DNA of 64,000 bases, taken from positions 682,001 through 746,000 of the forward strand of contig NW_027117339.1 of the NCBI RefSeq assembly GCF_038025025.1, written 5' to 3'. This stretch comes from Phyllosticta citribraziliensis. Lineage: Eukaryota. The translations under genes and the position numbers were made by a program. Shown here in pieces: positions 1 to 11,900 of this stretch (positions are counted from its first letter, which is position 1; every line of letters starts with the position of its first letter). Below the pieces are notes generated by a model, which was given only the letters and a program-made list of their open reading frames with translations, was not told where the DNA came from and did no database searches.

Positions 1-1281
1 AAACACCAAGTCTCCCGCCCCGCCGAGCACCAGCTTGTCGACGAAACCACGCTCCAGCGCGTGGATCTGCACGTCGGCGTAGATGCGCCCAAAGGCATCG
101 CGCCAGTCGGCGCATTCGGCTGGCAGCCGTCCGTTGGGATAGTAATGCGCGACCAGCGCATCCACGGCCGGTGCTGGGTAGTCTGCACGCAGCCGCTGCA
201 CGACTGATGCGAGCGAGTCTTCGGGCGGATGCCACGTTCCGTACAAAAAGTGCTCGTCGCGGCACTCGCCCATTAGCAGGGCCACGTTGCGCGATCGCAT
301 GCGCGCGCCAAACGCTCCGCTGTCAATCTCTGCGTACAGGTCGAACGGGACGAAGACGTCATCCAGGGTCGCGCGGAATTGGTGGCGCTTCATGGTGGAA
401 GCGGCTGCGAGCAGTTGGCGCGCCGGGATGGATTTGAGCTTGCCGATCTTGTCGACTGTGGGCAAAGACGAAGGGATATTGAGGTGCTCGAGGAGCTCGT
501 CGAATTGGGCTTGGGCCGACGAAAGCGTTTTGGGCTCCATTCCGGGTCCGTTGCTCCACATGACGCACCGCCGGATGACGGCCTTGGAGTCGGGCTGGTA
601 CAGGTCGTAGGCCAACTGCTTGAAGGCGCTGTGCGAGCCTGCTGAATACCCGCCAACCGTGATGTTTGAAGCATCTCCGGAAAAGTAGCTTATGTTCTTG
701 TAGGTCCATTCGAGTGCGAGTCGCTGGTCCCAGAATCCAAAGTTGCCGGTGGGCTCATCTTCTGCGGCAGACTGGAGTTCTCTGGAGCCGAGGAAACCAA
801 ACAGGTTGAGACGGTATGCTGGCGCGACGACAATGGCTCTAAACGGCGACTCTGAAAGCAATCCTACGGGGTTGATGTCATTGGGGCTTCCAACTTGCAG
901 GAAGCCGCCGTGAATGTAGAAGAAGACGGGCCATCCGTTGGCTGGAGGCTCGCCAGCAGGAATCCAAATATTGAGCTGGAGACAATCTTCATCCCACAGA
1001 GTTGAAGGTCCGTCACCAGTAGTTCCCATCAAGGTAGCCGACTGCGGACACACGCCAGTGCCGCCTGTGAATCTCCCGGGATTGCCTCTTGTCCCGTAGC
1101 GGTAGCAAGTAGGTAGCGGTCGCGGTAGTCGCCATCTGAATGGACCGAGAGGTGGCAGAGCGTACGGTATGCCCCCAAAGTAGTGGCACAAGTCTTCTCT
1201 GGAGCTCTTTTTAATCGTGGCGCCTTGGATGAAACCCCGCTGATCCAGGTCCCGCAGGCATGGCTCTCGAAACGTGGCCAT
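1..1281 (-). CDS. Carboxylesterase type B (para-nitrobenzyl esterase/cholinesterase-like); 3' end lies beyond the window
   Basis: Manual translation from ATG at 1281: MATFREPCL...FGGIPYALPPLGPFRWRLP...EDCLQLNIW...VFFYIHGGFLQVG...YRLNLFGFL...GNFGFWDQRLALEW...ITVGGYSAG. These are the COesterase motifs, including the GxSAG nucleophile elbow. Absent from the ORF track, presumably because it has no stop inside the window. Confidence 0.93.
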   Translation of the reverse strand, partial: MATFREPCLRDLDQRGFIQGATIKKSSREDLCHYFGGIPYALPPLGPFRWRLPRPLPTCYRYGTRGNPGRFTGGTGVCPQSATLMGTTGDGPSTLWDEDCLQLNIWIPAGEPPANGWPVFFYIHGGFLQVGSPNDINPVGLLSESPFRAIVVAPAYRLNLFGFLGSRELQSAAEDEPTGNFGFWDQRLALEWTYKNISYFSGDASNITVGGYSAGSHSAFKQLAYDLYQPDSKAVIRRCVMWSNGPGMEPKTLSSAQAQFDELLEHLNIPSSLPTVDKIGKLKSIPARQLLAAASTMKRHQFRATLDDVFVPFDLYAEIDSGAFGARMRSRNVALLMGECRDEHFLYGTWHPPEDSLASVVQRLRADYPAPAVDALVAHYYPNGRLPAECADWRDAFGRIYADVQIHALERGFVDKLVLGGAGDLVF

Positions 1282-2954
1282 GAACGGCGATAGTCGAGGA
1301 TGCAAGGTGCTGTGTAAAGTCCTGCAGGTTACACAACCTGAGCCCAATTCAGAACGTACAGCTGGGTTTGGACCTAGCCGGAAGCTAGTTTTGATGCCGC
1401 GTAGGAAACGCGCGGAAGATCGGAGGCGTGGAGGCGTAATGAAAGACGGAGGAGGATCAAAAGATGTCAATTGCGAAGAAGGTGGAGTTCTAAAGGCGCA
1501 TGCGGGTGATGACGAAGATTGTTGGATGGATCTCGAAAGACGAAGGTGGGAGGATAAGACGTCAACACCCAGGCCAGGACCTGGAAGTGGTGGCCGCTAA
1601 AAATGGCGGGGTAGGGGTCGGGGCCAGAGTTTGGCGGAGCAGCTCCCGGCGTCGCTATTTGAACCAGAATCACCTCACATCCCATGTCCATCCTCTGCTT
1701 CTTCATGCGCCAGCTCAACATCTCTCGGATGGAGAGCAAACACGTCGGAGCAATATCGAGAGCTGCAACGACGCACGAAAACGACGTGTACCGCGCTTTG
1801 CAACCCTCGCCTGAAGACACGACCACCAGACGCTCCCATGATCTTGCAATTTGATATCGGCCAGATGCACCTACCCGCCCCGCTGGTCATGGGTGCGGTT
1901 TACCTTTGCGCTTCCTCATGGATTTATCCGCGTGGAGGAAGAATCCTTCCTCCGGGCTTTCGGCGCCCATAGCTTTACGGATTTGCCTTCAGCTCGCATG
2001 TTGATGCATTCGCCGCCAGTGGGAGTGAGCCTCATGCTTTCGGGGCCCGCAGAGCTCATGTTCATCTCAGCTCGAGGCCAAACGTGAGCCTTCCACATCC
2101 TCCGACTGCCAGTCTCAAACGCGTGTTTGATCATCACGGCCGACCTCCAAAATTCGCCTGCACAGATATCTCCAGAGTGGGCGCAGTGATAGACTGGCCA
2201 GCAGAAAGATAAAGGGCCTGGGAGTGAGGAACCACCAATGAAAAGAGACGGAACCAGGAAAGGCAGGTGAAGCGCGCGGCAAAGACGACGCAACCAATGA
2301 CATGTCGACCTACGCAACATCGAACGTAGCAAGCGTGATCCGTGGAGTTTGCCAACATCGGGATCTCGAGAGTTTGATTCTGATTCGGGGGAAGAGGGGC
2401 CAGGGAGAAAGAGGCTTAGGCTCGCGACTGGGCTCCTTATTCATGTCGCAAGTCGCGCCCAGCAATTGCTGTCCTTGATGCCTCAGCTCACTTGCCTTTA
2501 GCAGCACGAAGCGTTTGTAGGATGAGGCTTGCCTTTCCACTACCACCTCCGGTTTCCTGATCTATTACGCGATGTCTTCTCTATCAACACATGCCCGCCC
2601 TTCCCTTGCGTACTCACAACCCTCGAACTGGCTCAATCGACAAGAAGAGGAAAATAAATATCATGCCCGGTCATCGTGGTGGTGGCGCGCGCGAGAACGC
2701 AGAGACCGATCAAGAATGGCATGGTCATCGTCAAAGCGAGCAAGAGCGAGGACTAGTCGGCACAAGGTCATTAGACAGCATTCCTCCTATCCGATTCGAC
2801 TCTACTCATTTATCTGCCTTGCCAATATTCTCAGCTGGTCGAGCCACTCTAAAGTGCTGTCCTGCTTTGGTCTCTTCTACCGCGACACCTCCTTTCTCAT
2901 GCCATTTATAAATCTGCGAAACCCTTACCACCACATACAGCGGTCCCCGAAAAC

Positions 2955-3036
2955 GTGTTGGTGGTGTAGTGGTAACGCATGTCGTGGCAACAGTCGCATC
3001 CACGGCAAGTCCCAGGTTCAAGTCCTGGCCAACATA
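2955..3036 (+). tRNA. Atypical intron-containing tRNA-like gene, copy 1 (Gly-like body, GCA at the anticodon position)
   Basis: Cloverleaf: acceptor GTGTTGG/CCAACAT, D arm GTGT-AGTGGTA-ACGC, anticodon stem TGTCG/CGGCA enclosing 18 nt (7-nt loop plus 11-nt intron), T arm CCAGG-TTCAAGT-CCTGG. A box and B box present; T-runs at 3044-3054. Confidence 0.72.
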
Positions 3037-3193
3037 CGGATCCTTTTACCTTTTGCTCCCCCATCCCTCTCTTTTGTAGAGTGGTAGCGAGGTGAGATGA
3101 TCCATGCGATATTTTGCCGGCGCGATAAGTCTTTCCTCGTTCTGTTTATAAGTTTTCGCACCTCTTACCCCCCATACAACGTTCCCCGAAAAC

Positions 3194-3275
3194 GTGTTGG
3201 TGGTGTAGTGGTAACGCATGCTGTGGCAACAGTCGCATCCACGGCAAGTCCTAGGTTCGATTCCTAGCCAACATA
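3194..3275 (+). tRNA. Atypical intron-containing tRNA-like gene, copy 2
   Basis: Same cloverleaf with T arm CTAGG-TTCGATT-CCTAG and anticodon stem TGCTG/CGGCA; TTTTT terminator near 3290. Confidence 0.75.
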
Positions 3276-5020
3276 AGGGTTCTCTTTACTTTTTGCCCTC
3301 CTTTCCCCCTCTTTTGGAGAGTGGTAGCGAGCTGAAGTGATCCATGGGACGAGTCTGCGCGAGGACCCTGCGTGGGCCAGTGCCGTGTCCCTGCCTGGAC
3401 AAAGGGACTGTCATCGTACGGTCCGGTCGCCCTAGGGCATTCTCCAGTGCGAGCAAAAGGTGTCAGAGAAATGGCTCTTGTGGTTAGTGTCCGCAAGAGC
3501 ATGGTCCAAAGAAGGAAGGAAAGAATCCGCTGCGCCGACGCATCAATGGGTTGACATTGGCACTGTTGTCGCTGTGCGTCGGACCACAGGCACGGTGGCG
3601 ATAAGTGAGGCGAGATGGGGCAGTTGCTGTTACCTAACCACGCTCCTGAGCCATACCTCAATGGAGTCAGGTTGAGGACATGTGTGCTTAGAGCGGAGGG
3701 CCAGTACAAGGTCAGTGAGCGATTTTGGAGTTTTCTTTTTCTCTCAAGTTGACTTCCGTCTGTCCACGTGTGTGAGAAGGGATCGAGTGAAAGGTAAACT
3801 CAGTGATATGCTGCAGCAAGCAGCTTAGTGTCTCTCCCCTCGGTGGATCAATGAAACCCATGCCCCTCAACGCTGACGCCATCCGAGCCTATAGCTGCAG
3901 CTTACGAATGCTTGGTGATGGAACCCTGGACGCGAATCACGATGCTATAACAAGCTTTGAGTAGTAAGGGGTATGCAGGCATACTTGCCGCCCTTCGCGT
4001 CTCGATTGTCACAGAAGTTGCATAGGCACTCCTGTGCCTTGGTTCCTGGAAAGAGGGCAAAGCCCGGGGCACAGGAGTCCTCCGAGTGAGGTCGTAGGGG
4101 GCCTTGAGAGAGTGCCCGACTGGCCGTTGGAGCGAGGCTCAAAAAGCCGGTGCTCCCCTTCGTCCGAGCAATCCGCCTTGAAGTTCTTCGTGACCAACGA
4201 CGCGTGGACAAAGGCGTTTGCAGAGTCTGGATGACGGGCTGGGGTTTGTGCCAGTCAGCGCCGAGCATCAATATGCGCTTACCGCAGACAGCATCCCCTC
4301 CAGAAAATTGACCGCAATCGCGAGGCCGCCGTTTGAACAGACTTTGACGAGCGAGCTCTGGTTGACGTTTGCCCGCCTTCCCCGCATTTCTTGGAAGGTT
4401 GATCGACGCCAAGGTATAGAGGGAGCCTGATAGGCTGGCGGCCACGATGCTCCTGCCCCCGACGACCGCGTCTCCGCAGACCCGGACCGGAGACTGGATG
4501 CCACGGGGCAGCGCTGGTTTCGTGAGCAGCTCAGCCTCTCTGCTTCGGCGCTCGCAAGCAAGCATGCTGCTCGTCGCCAGGATGCTCAAAGCGCCCGCGC
4601 GTGAGCGGGTCTCCCCGGATAGAACCTTGCACAAGCGTTTGGCGTTGTGGGGAAGCTTGTTTACCGTGTCATGGGCGGGCAGCGGATTGGACGGACCAAC
4701 CTTCCCGTGGCCGCGCTGGGCTGGCTGGGTCCCTCTTCGGACTCAGTGACCCAAGGTAATGCGTGCTCAGCGCTGGCGCTTTAGCTCTGACCCTGGGCGG
4801 GCATCTCCCCTCTTTTCTGACTTGTTTGGAATGAGGAGAACGTGGAGAAGACCCGTGTAGGGCCGGCCTTGGGGCGAGGTCCGTATTAGAAGAGACGGTG
4901 TCTGCGCCCCTTGCTGTCGGTTATGCCGGGAGTGCGCTTCTAGCGATTGAGAAGAAGAAGAACGCACCAGTCTCGAGTGTTTGCGGAAAGCGGATACAGA
5001 CATTTTCACAACGGCTTGAA

Positions 5021-6122
5021 ATGGCGGAAAACAACCAGAATCATGTTGTGGAGGAGCATCTGGAAAAGGACTTTAGCAGGAACGACTACCCTGACGAGCA
5101 TCTCGGCGCGCATGTCGATGCTGACCACGCCCTGAACAAGATCCGTACCGCCGGCAGTATTTCCATCTCGCCAGAACTGTTTGAGAAGATTTACCTCTCG
5201 CCTCAGAACCGGGTTAAGGGGGAGCTGCGCAGAACGTTTGGCAACCCAACTCCAGTGCAAGTTCCTCGCTCGGACCTACACGTTCCAACAGACTGACGCT
5301 TTCGAAGTTGTCTCATCGGCTTCCTCCTGGCCCTGACGCCGCTGAGTTGGCAAGTCTCTTCCTCTACTGCACCGTCCCAATTGACTGACGTATTCGAAGC
5401 ATCTTGATGGGCTGGCGGGGAGCTAGCGGCGCCTCTGCAAACGTCGGCGCATACTACTTTTGCGGAGGCGTCCTAATGCTGCTCGGTGCCATTGGCGAAT
5501 GGATCCTGGGCAACAGCTTCCCTTGCGTCGTCTTTGCGTCCTTTGGCGGCTTCTGGACCAGCTTTGGGGCCACGCTCACGCCTGATTTCAACGCGTACGG
5601 CGCGTTTGCTACAGATCCGAGCAATCCGGCGAGCGGGCTGCAGACGGTTGGTTTCAATTCCGGGTTTGGTGCGTCTTACCTTTTGCGATAATATGCAAAA
5701 TGGTTGTGGACCCAGACTGACCTGTGTCTAGGCTTCTTGATGCTCTCCATGGCCTTCATGTGCTTCCTGTTCACCATCCTGGCCTTGCGCACCAACCTTT
5801 GCTTCGTCACCATTCTCGGCACCCTCTGCCTCCTCTTCTGCATGCTGGCCGGCGCATACTGGCAGACGTCCAACGGGAACCTCGACACGGCCCGACACCT
5901 CCAAAAAGCTGGCGGCGCCTTCTCTTTCATCACCATTTGCGCTGGCTGGTGGGTCATGTTTGCCATTCTCCTGGTTGCCATCGACTTTCCGTTTCAGCTC
6001 CCTGGTAGGTGCCGTTCCACGCTGCTTGAAACACTGCTGACGATGTGCCTATAGTTGGTGACTTGTCCCACATTATCAAGGGAAAGAGTGAGAAGCGAAA
6101 AGCCGCTGGCAACGTCGTATAG
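5021..6122 (+). CDS. GPR1/FUN34/YaaH (AceTr) family transporter, AlcS-like; 5 exons
   Basis: [60 protein letters not shown]...GEWILGNSFPCVVFASFGGFW...LPVGDLSHIIKG. Introns at 5257-5307 and 5350-5399 (both GC-AG), about 5669-5731 and about 6005-6054. Confidence 0.9.
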
Positions 6123-7092
6123 GCGTCTCGCTTGATCCGAGAGTCTGTGGAACCAGAACTCTACTGTGATGGCGTCTGTCTGCCGGCTTTTGGAGTGCAT
6201 GATGAGGGATTCTTCTTTCAACGGGCGAATGGGTAATGTGTCTAATGTAAGGTCAATTCTGTTGCGCTGCCACGAGGGAAAATTTGCATACCAGGTGGTG
6301 GTTGAGAGTACCAAAACATTACCTCCCACGTGTTCGGGGAACCGGCTTGCTCTCTCTTCAGTGCGTACCTGTTGGAGCAAAGGCCGTGAAATATATTTGC
6401 GCGGGACCGCCGGAGTTGATGAGTGATCATCAATTTGGCGGGTAGCAGCGACAATTGTGATGATAAATCTTGCAAGAACCGCAGCAAACCGGAGTGGAAA
6501 TGCTGGCACTTGATCGAGGACTTCACTGCTGTTGTGACTTTTGGGCAGTAATGCGCATTGCTGGTAGTGTGGTTCGAGTCAGCTTTGATGCCTCAGGATG
6601 GTATTCGGAGCTTAGGAGCTTCGGAGCATAATAGGAAAGTGCGCGACTGACGACCTCCACGTCGAACACAGCAACAAAAAACTTCAAATTAGAAAGGAGA
6701 AGTGATGAAATGAGAGCAGAAGGCGAAGACTGTTTAGCGTCGTAACTCATTCTATTCGTATCGTCTTTCGCAATGCTATTATAGAACAGACCAGATGCGC
6801 AGACCGACCGCGACAACGTCCCCGGCATTTCAGGCTCATGCAACCAATCGAGGCTTGGTGATCGAAGTTGTGACACAGACGAGACCAGGAGGGAAGCGGA
6901 AGTGGAGCCCACGGGTGATTGACAGGAAGCATTCGAGCATCCATAAAGACACTAATAGGAGCACATGAATTCCAGTCCGCGGATCCTATGATCATTTGTG
7001 CCACGATTATTGGCACCAAGTCTCGAATGCCAATGGCACCGTTGTCATAGATCCCCGTATTATTCCCGCTCACCGAGGCCGACAGGCACATC

Positions 7093-8458
7093 CTAGAGGC
7101 CAGACATGATGACAGCAGCCAAGCCCGAGGTCGAGGAAGCAATGGATCCAGTCGTCGGCGTAGCCGGCGCATCAGTGACGGTGGGGTTGGAAGCAGGCGT
7201 GGCAGTAAGCGTTTGGAAGCCCGCCGGGGTGAGCGGGATTGCCATCGGCTTCTGGTCACGACGCAGCAGACCGTCGGCAGTCTTGAAAGGCGCGGGCGGG
7301 TCCTGGACGGCGACACGCCAAGAGAGGATGGAGCAGTTGGCGAAGCCCGAGTAGAGGTCGGTGTAGAGGATTGGGTTGGTGGGCAGGGCCAATTGCGGGT
7401 TGTAGTCGTCGTCGAAGACGGTGGTGCAGTCGTCGACACGCTCGCTGTAGTCGCAGGATGTTTGCTTCCTGTAGACGCTGGCGGGTACCTGAGGCATGTT
7501 AGGCCTTGTTCATTGTGTGTTTGTTCGGGGGTTGTTCAGCTTACAGGGTGGTCGAAGTTGATCCAGTCGATGGATTTGGTGTGCCTGAGGCGATTGTGTC
7601 AGCGGAAGAAGGCAGCATAAGGAGACAGCAATGGCCGTTCTACCTGTAAGGCGTGGTCATATCGTATTCGACGCTCGAGACTGATTCCGCCGGTACTCCA
7701 AGAATGACGTTTTCCCAGCCGGTACCAGCGCAAGGCAACGCAGTCAGGGAAGCAAAAGACAGGTAGATGGTGGGAGAAGTGAAGGTGTAGTTGCCAGACG
7801 TCGCAGTGACGACAGAAGTGATGGTGGGCGTTGCAGTCGTCGAAGCTGGAGTGCAAACCTCGGAATCAGCCTTTGACTGCGGCCAGTACATCAGCTTGAC
7901 GTCTGCTGCGTCCAGCCGACAGTTTGTTTCTCCTTCGATGATTCCAACGCATGTGTCCCCGCCAAAACCACAGTCTGGGAACTGTGTAGCTGACGCATCG
8001 CGAAATGACTGAACTAGCCTTGAGCAACCGGTATAGTCGTAGGTGCAAGTGGGCGTGGGCTCCGAGTAAGAGTATTGTGCCCACGAGTACAATGAAGGAC
8101 TCACGGTGCTGGCAGCACCCGAGGCTCGGGGAACACCATCACAAAGCGTTGAGACTACCCCAGTGTAGTTGCCGACAGTCTCCCAGATGTAATCCGTGTT
8201 GGTGGAGTAGCCGGTCGGGTCTCCTTTCTCTGAGCTGAGATCCCACGAGTTGTATCTGCTGGCCCACAAGGCCGATGCACTTTGACAGGACAGGACCTCT
8301 GAAACCGCCAGGCTATCGGATCCGGCCCAGGTATACTCGGAAGGGTCCACGGTGATCGAATCGGACGTCGTAGTGGTTGGCGCAGATGTAATGGTCTGTC
8401 CGAGGACGGCTGGGAGGGCAATCAGGCCCCTGAGGGCGTTTTTCTGCATTCTCGCCAT
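7093..8458 (-). CDS. Secreted or surface Ser/Thr- and Cys-rich protein of unknown function; 3 exons
   Basis: Signal-peptide-like MARMQKNALRGLIALPAVLG, then TLCDGVPRA, C..VKLMYWP, FTSPTIYLSF and a later DPP motif, ending in a hydrophobic C-terminus. Two canonical introns between about 7489 and 7643 join the ORFs 7640-8503 and 7093-7497. Confidence 0.75.
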
Positions 8459-10491
8459 GGATACTGTCGTTAAATCGTCGGTCTGCGTGACAAAGCCTTC
8501 CAATGCTCACGAGGCTACGGACAAGACTTAAATGAGATAGATACCCCCACAGTGGGTCGCGAAGAAGTGTCAAGTCCGCGATTCAGCCGCGGTGGTAGGT
8601 GTATGAACCGAGTTGACAACCCACTGACAATGGGCTGATCCAGTTCATATCTATTCCTGATGGGACATTCGATGGCAGGTACCATCATTTGGGGTCGAGA
8701 AGAGTGCACCTCCATTGGTGGACGAAGACCTGAGAAGGAGAAGAGATCCGGTACAGCTGAAAGGCAGGCCGCACTGCGTACCTGCCAAAAATCTTCCCGG
8801 GAACACAGCCAGGCTGCGGTAGTGCGCCATCCTCGCCCCAGATCTGCAGCTGCCTGTGTGTGACCCATGACTTTCTGGCCGCTGCTGGCCATTGAGAGAG
8901 AAACGAGGGATGGGGTTGTCAGCCGGGAGGCGTGGCGCTCTCATGCCGCAACAATATCTTGGACATCCGCCCCCAAGAGAGGGATTTGTGGCCGGAGCAG
9001 AACAAGTCTTGCTGAGAACCTGCAGGTGACATGGCGGTGAAGGTAGACTGTTGCAAGCCTAGATTCCCGGAGGGCCGCTCAGCTGTCAATGGTGCTGTCA
9101 AAGGTCCGAAAGAAACGGTGCTTGAAGGACCTGTCGATGTGCGACTCCAACGCTGCTGTTATGTATCAGCAAGGCATGAGCAAGAACAGTTGCACTCATG
9201 AAGGCCGTTGACACTGCAGTCGGCGTGAAAGCCTGGCAGTTGGCCTGGAATCCGTGCACAGCAAATCGGACGCACTTGGCGGCCGAGGTCGCACCAACGA
9301 GGCCGCTCGAATCTGCTTGAACGGGTGAATTTAGGTGGATTCGCAAGAACATGTTGGTGGCATCACGTCTGACGTTGGGCGCTACGCGTGAACCAGCTTT
9401 TTGGGTCGAGCGGCGCCATCAATAGCTTGTTTCGAAGTTTGGACCGAGGCTCGACTCTTCAAAGCTGTAGCATGCGCAGCCTCAGTCAATTGGATTGCTC
9501 CCAACCTTCGCCTTTGTCACTGCAACGGCCATCTGCTTCTGCGTCCGTCTCTCCGTTTTCAATACTTGGAACGCTCACTGCGCGCCCTAATTCAGGGGTA
9601 TGAGCTCTCCAATCCACCGACAATCATTCACGACCCGACAGCCTTTGTCAGCAGACATTGCAATGGCAAGACGAAAATCAGTAACAGAAAGAGAATTACG
9701 ACCTATACAAGTGAGTACCGGAAATAAAACACACTTCGGGCGAGAAGTCTTCCGTGACCCGTCAAAAGTCGTGGCCGTAGCACACACAATCAAGGGTAAA
9801 GCTCTTAATTAGCTTGCCCCTCTTACCCATCACCTTCAATCCAGTCAATGAGACGAAAGATACTACCGTATAATGCTGTGAAAGTTACGCAAGTAATTTA
9901 TCGTCTTCTGGCTGCCTCTCAAGATCGAAATGGAGATTACTATTACCCGACTTTATCGTCTTGATTTAGGTTAAGCCCTAAACGAGGGCCAGGTAAAGCG
10001 GATGCGGACGTTGGGCTTGGCCCGAATGACGCACATCCATTGGGAGGAAAGGTATACAGTGCCGAGATTCGGTAGTTGAGTTGGAGTGGTAAGTGGTAGG
10101 GGCGAGTCAAGACTAAATCACCAGAAGGGTAACCTTTAGGCGAGTGCCGCGGACAAAATTACCACCAACGAGTCCCTTGGCTAACGGTGGGGGTAGTGCG
10201 GAAAGGAGCCACAAGGTGGTTACTGTGGACGGAAATTTACGTCAGTAGTATTTACTCGTCTTTGCCTTGTTATGCAGAGCTCAGTAACTTCTGTGTTGAC
10301 CCGTCTGTTCCACTCGCGTCTCATCCGGCACAACCCAGTCAACACTGCACGCTGTTGATGTGGAGCCGCACCCCGTTGACCAAGACCTTTCTCACACACA
10401 ACTTTGCGGAACTCTCCTGAACGCGTCGTTCCAGCACACAGCTCATTTTACACGGGCTATTGAACACCCTGGCTACCAGTTGACCAAGTCC

Positions 10492-11634
10492 TTACAGTCT
10501 CACGCCCAACTTCTCGCGAGCCTTCTCCAATGCCTTTTCATCAACAGCACCCACGCTGTCCGGTATCGCATAGCCCTTCCATGGCTCGCCCGCCTCATGA
10601 ACCAGCGCCTCGATCCCATCGCCGCTCGTAAAACTCCACACGCGAACAAACTTGCTTGCAAACTTCAATGCAAACGGCGTCCCGGCGGCAACGAAGATGG
10701 TCTCTCCTTCTCTCAGCACGCAGGGCGCCAGGTCCTCCACCGTCACCTCGAGCGCGCCCTCAACAACGGACAAGCAGTGGTGGACTGACGGAAACGTCAT
10801 CTTCTTCTCGAAGACGGACGCGCCGTAGCGCGAAGAGGACTCGATGCTCGAGATGGCAAACTTGCCGGCGCTCTGCTTGGTCGTGATGAACGGCCGCGAC
10901 AGCACGCCGCCCAGCAGCCACCTGGGGCCAGTGTTTGCCCTCAGGTAGTAGGGCAGGTTGCCGTCAGGCAGCTTCTCGTCGTCGGCGTCCCACTCGGAGA
11001 CGGCACACCCTTCATGGTGCGGGTGGAAGTGGACGTCGAACTGGCCCTTTGCCGCCATGACCTTGGGGATCAGGATCTCCTTGAGGTTGCGGTCGTCGAA
11101 CTCAGGATACAAGATGCCATCATACTTTTCAGCGACGTAGCGGAAGAATTCAAGCCATGATGCGGGCGTAATCAGACCGAAGGTCTCGGTTGTCGGGCCC
11201 AGCAGTTGCGGGTTGTGGATGGTGTGCTGCACTCTCTGATCAGCATTCGACTCTTCTGGTGTTGGCTGCCTCAACGGGTCACTTACCGGTGGCACGTAGC
11301 CGAAGTCTCCTGGACCCATGATCTTGCACTTGTCGCCATTCCACAGCTTGACCTGGCCCTTGGTCACAAGAAACACATCGTGCGCCTCTTCGTGGTGGTG
11401 GAAACCAGGGGCGTCCGCAAGGGCTCCGCCAGAAGTGAAGACGGCAATGGTGTCGTCGCTTTGAAGCGCCGATGTCATGATCCGAAACACACTCTTACTG
11501 CCCGGAATAGATATGACCTCGCCCTCATACTGTGGAATGACGTAGCTCTGCTTGTCATTGGGTGGTTGCTCCAGTCTCCGCAGCTCTTTTTGGTGCTCTT
11601 GCTTTTTTGGCAGCATGTTGACAATGTGATCCAT
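10492..11634 (-). CDS. Quercetin 2,3-dioxygenase-like bicupin
   Basis: FHHHEEAHDVFLVTKG (HxHxxxxD/E cupin metal motif), PGDFGYVPP..HNPQ, PYYLRANTGPRWLLGG and a second cupin domain. In-frame intron at 11227-11286. Confidence 0.85.
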   Translation of the reverse strand: MDHIVNMLPKKQEHQKELRRLEQPPNDKQSYVIPQYEGEVISIPGSKSVFRIMTSALQSDDTIAVFTSGGALADAPGFHHHEEAHDVFLVTKGQVKLWNGDKCKIMGPGDFGYVPPVSDPLRQPTPEESNADQRVQHTIHNPQLLGPTTETFGLITPASWLEFFRYVAEKYDGILYPEFDDRNLKEILIPKVMAAKGQFDVHFHPHHEGCAVSEWDADDEKLPDGNLPYYLRANTGPRWLLGGVLSRPFITTKQSAGKFAISSIESSSRYGASVFEKKMTFPSVHHCLSVVEGALEVTVEDLAPCVLREGETIFVAAGTPFALKFASKFVRVWSFTSGDGIEALVHEAGEPWKGYAIPDSVGAVDEKALEKAREKLGVRL

Positions 11635-11889
11635 GATATATAACGATCTCGACAAGTTTAATCGGTATCCTTTGCTTCTGATATGGCGGTTATAAGTAGA
11701 AAATCAAACCACAGCCAGAGACCAATTAGTAAAAAACACGGCATTCGGCACATTTCCAATAAACTTTCCCATGCATTCCCGTCGTAGGGCTGTCCGACAG
11801 TCCGTCCGTCGTCCGTCCCATCTGGGCTGCCTAGTCAAACCATCCCAAGAGCTCCCCACAACCCGGGCCGGCGCGCTGGCAACTCTGTT

Positions 11890-11900
11890 CGGCTTTTCCG
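11890..11900. promoter_or_regulatory. Putative Zn2Cys6 site CGG-CTTTT-CCG in the dioxygenase/esterase divergent promoter
   Basis: CGG-N5-CCG with an AT-rich spacer; a similar site lies at 16842. Confidence 0.4.

Larger units (their letters stand above)
2924..3350 (+). repeat. Tandem direct duplication of about 190 bp (period 239 bp) carrying the tRNA-like gene and its flanks
   Basis: cttacc..catac..ccccgaaaac[tRNA]..ctcttttg.agagtggtagcgag.tga..tgatccatg occurs at about 2924-3110 and 3164-3350. Confidence 0.9.

Noticed and set aside
3945..4634. 229-aa minus-strand ORF
   Set aside because: Non-ATG start, R/S/A-rich composition and no motifs; it lies in the upstream region of the transporter and is probably spurious.
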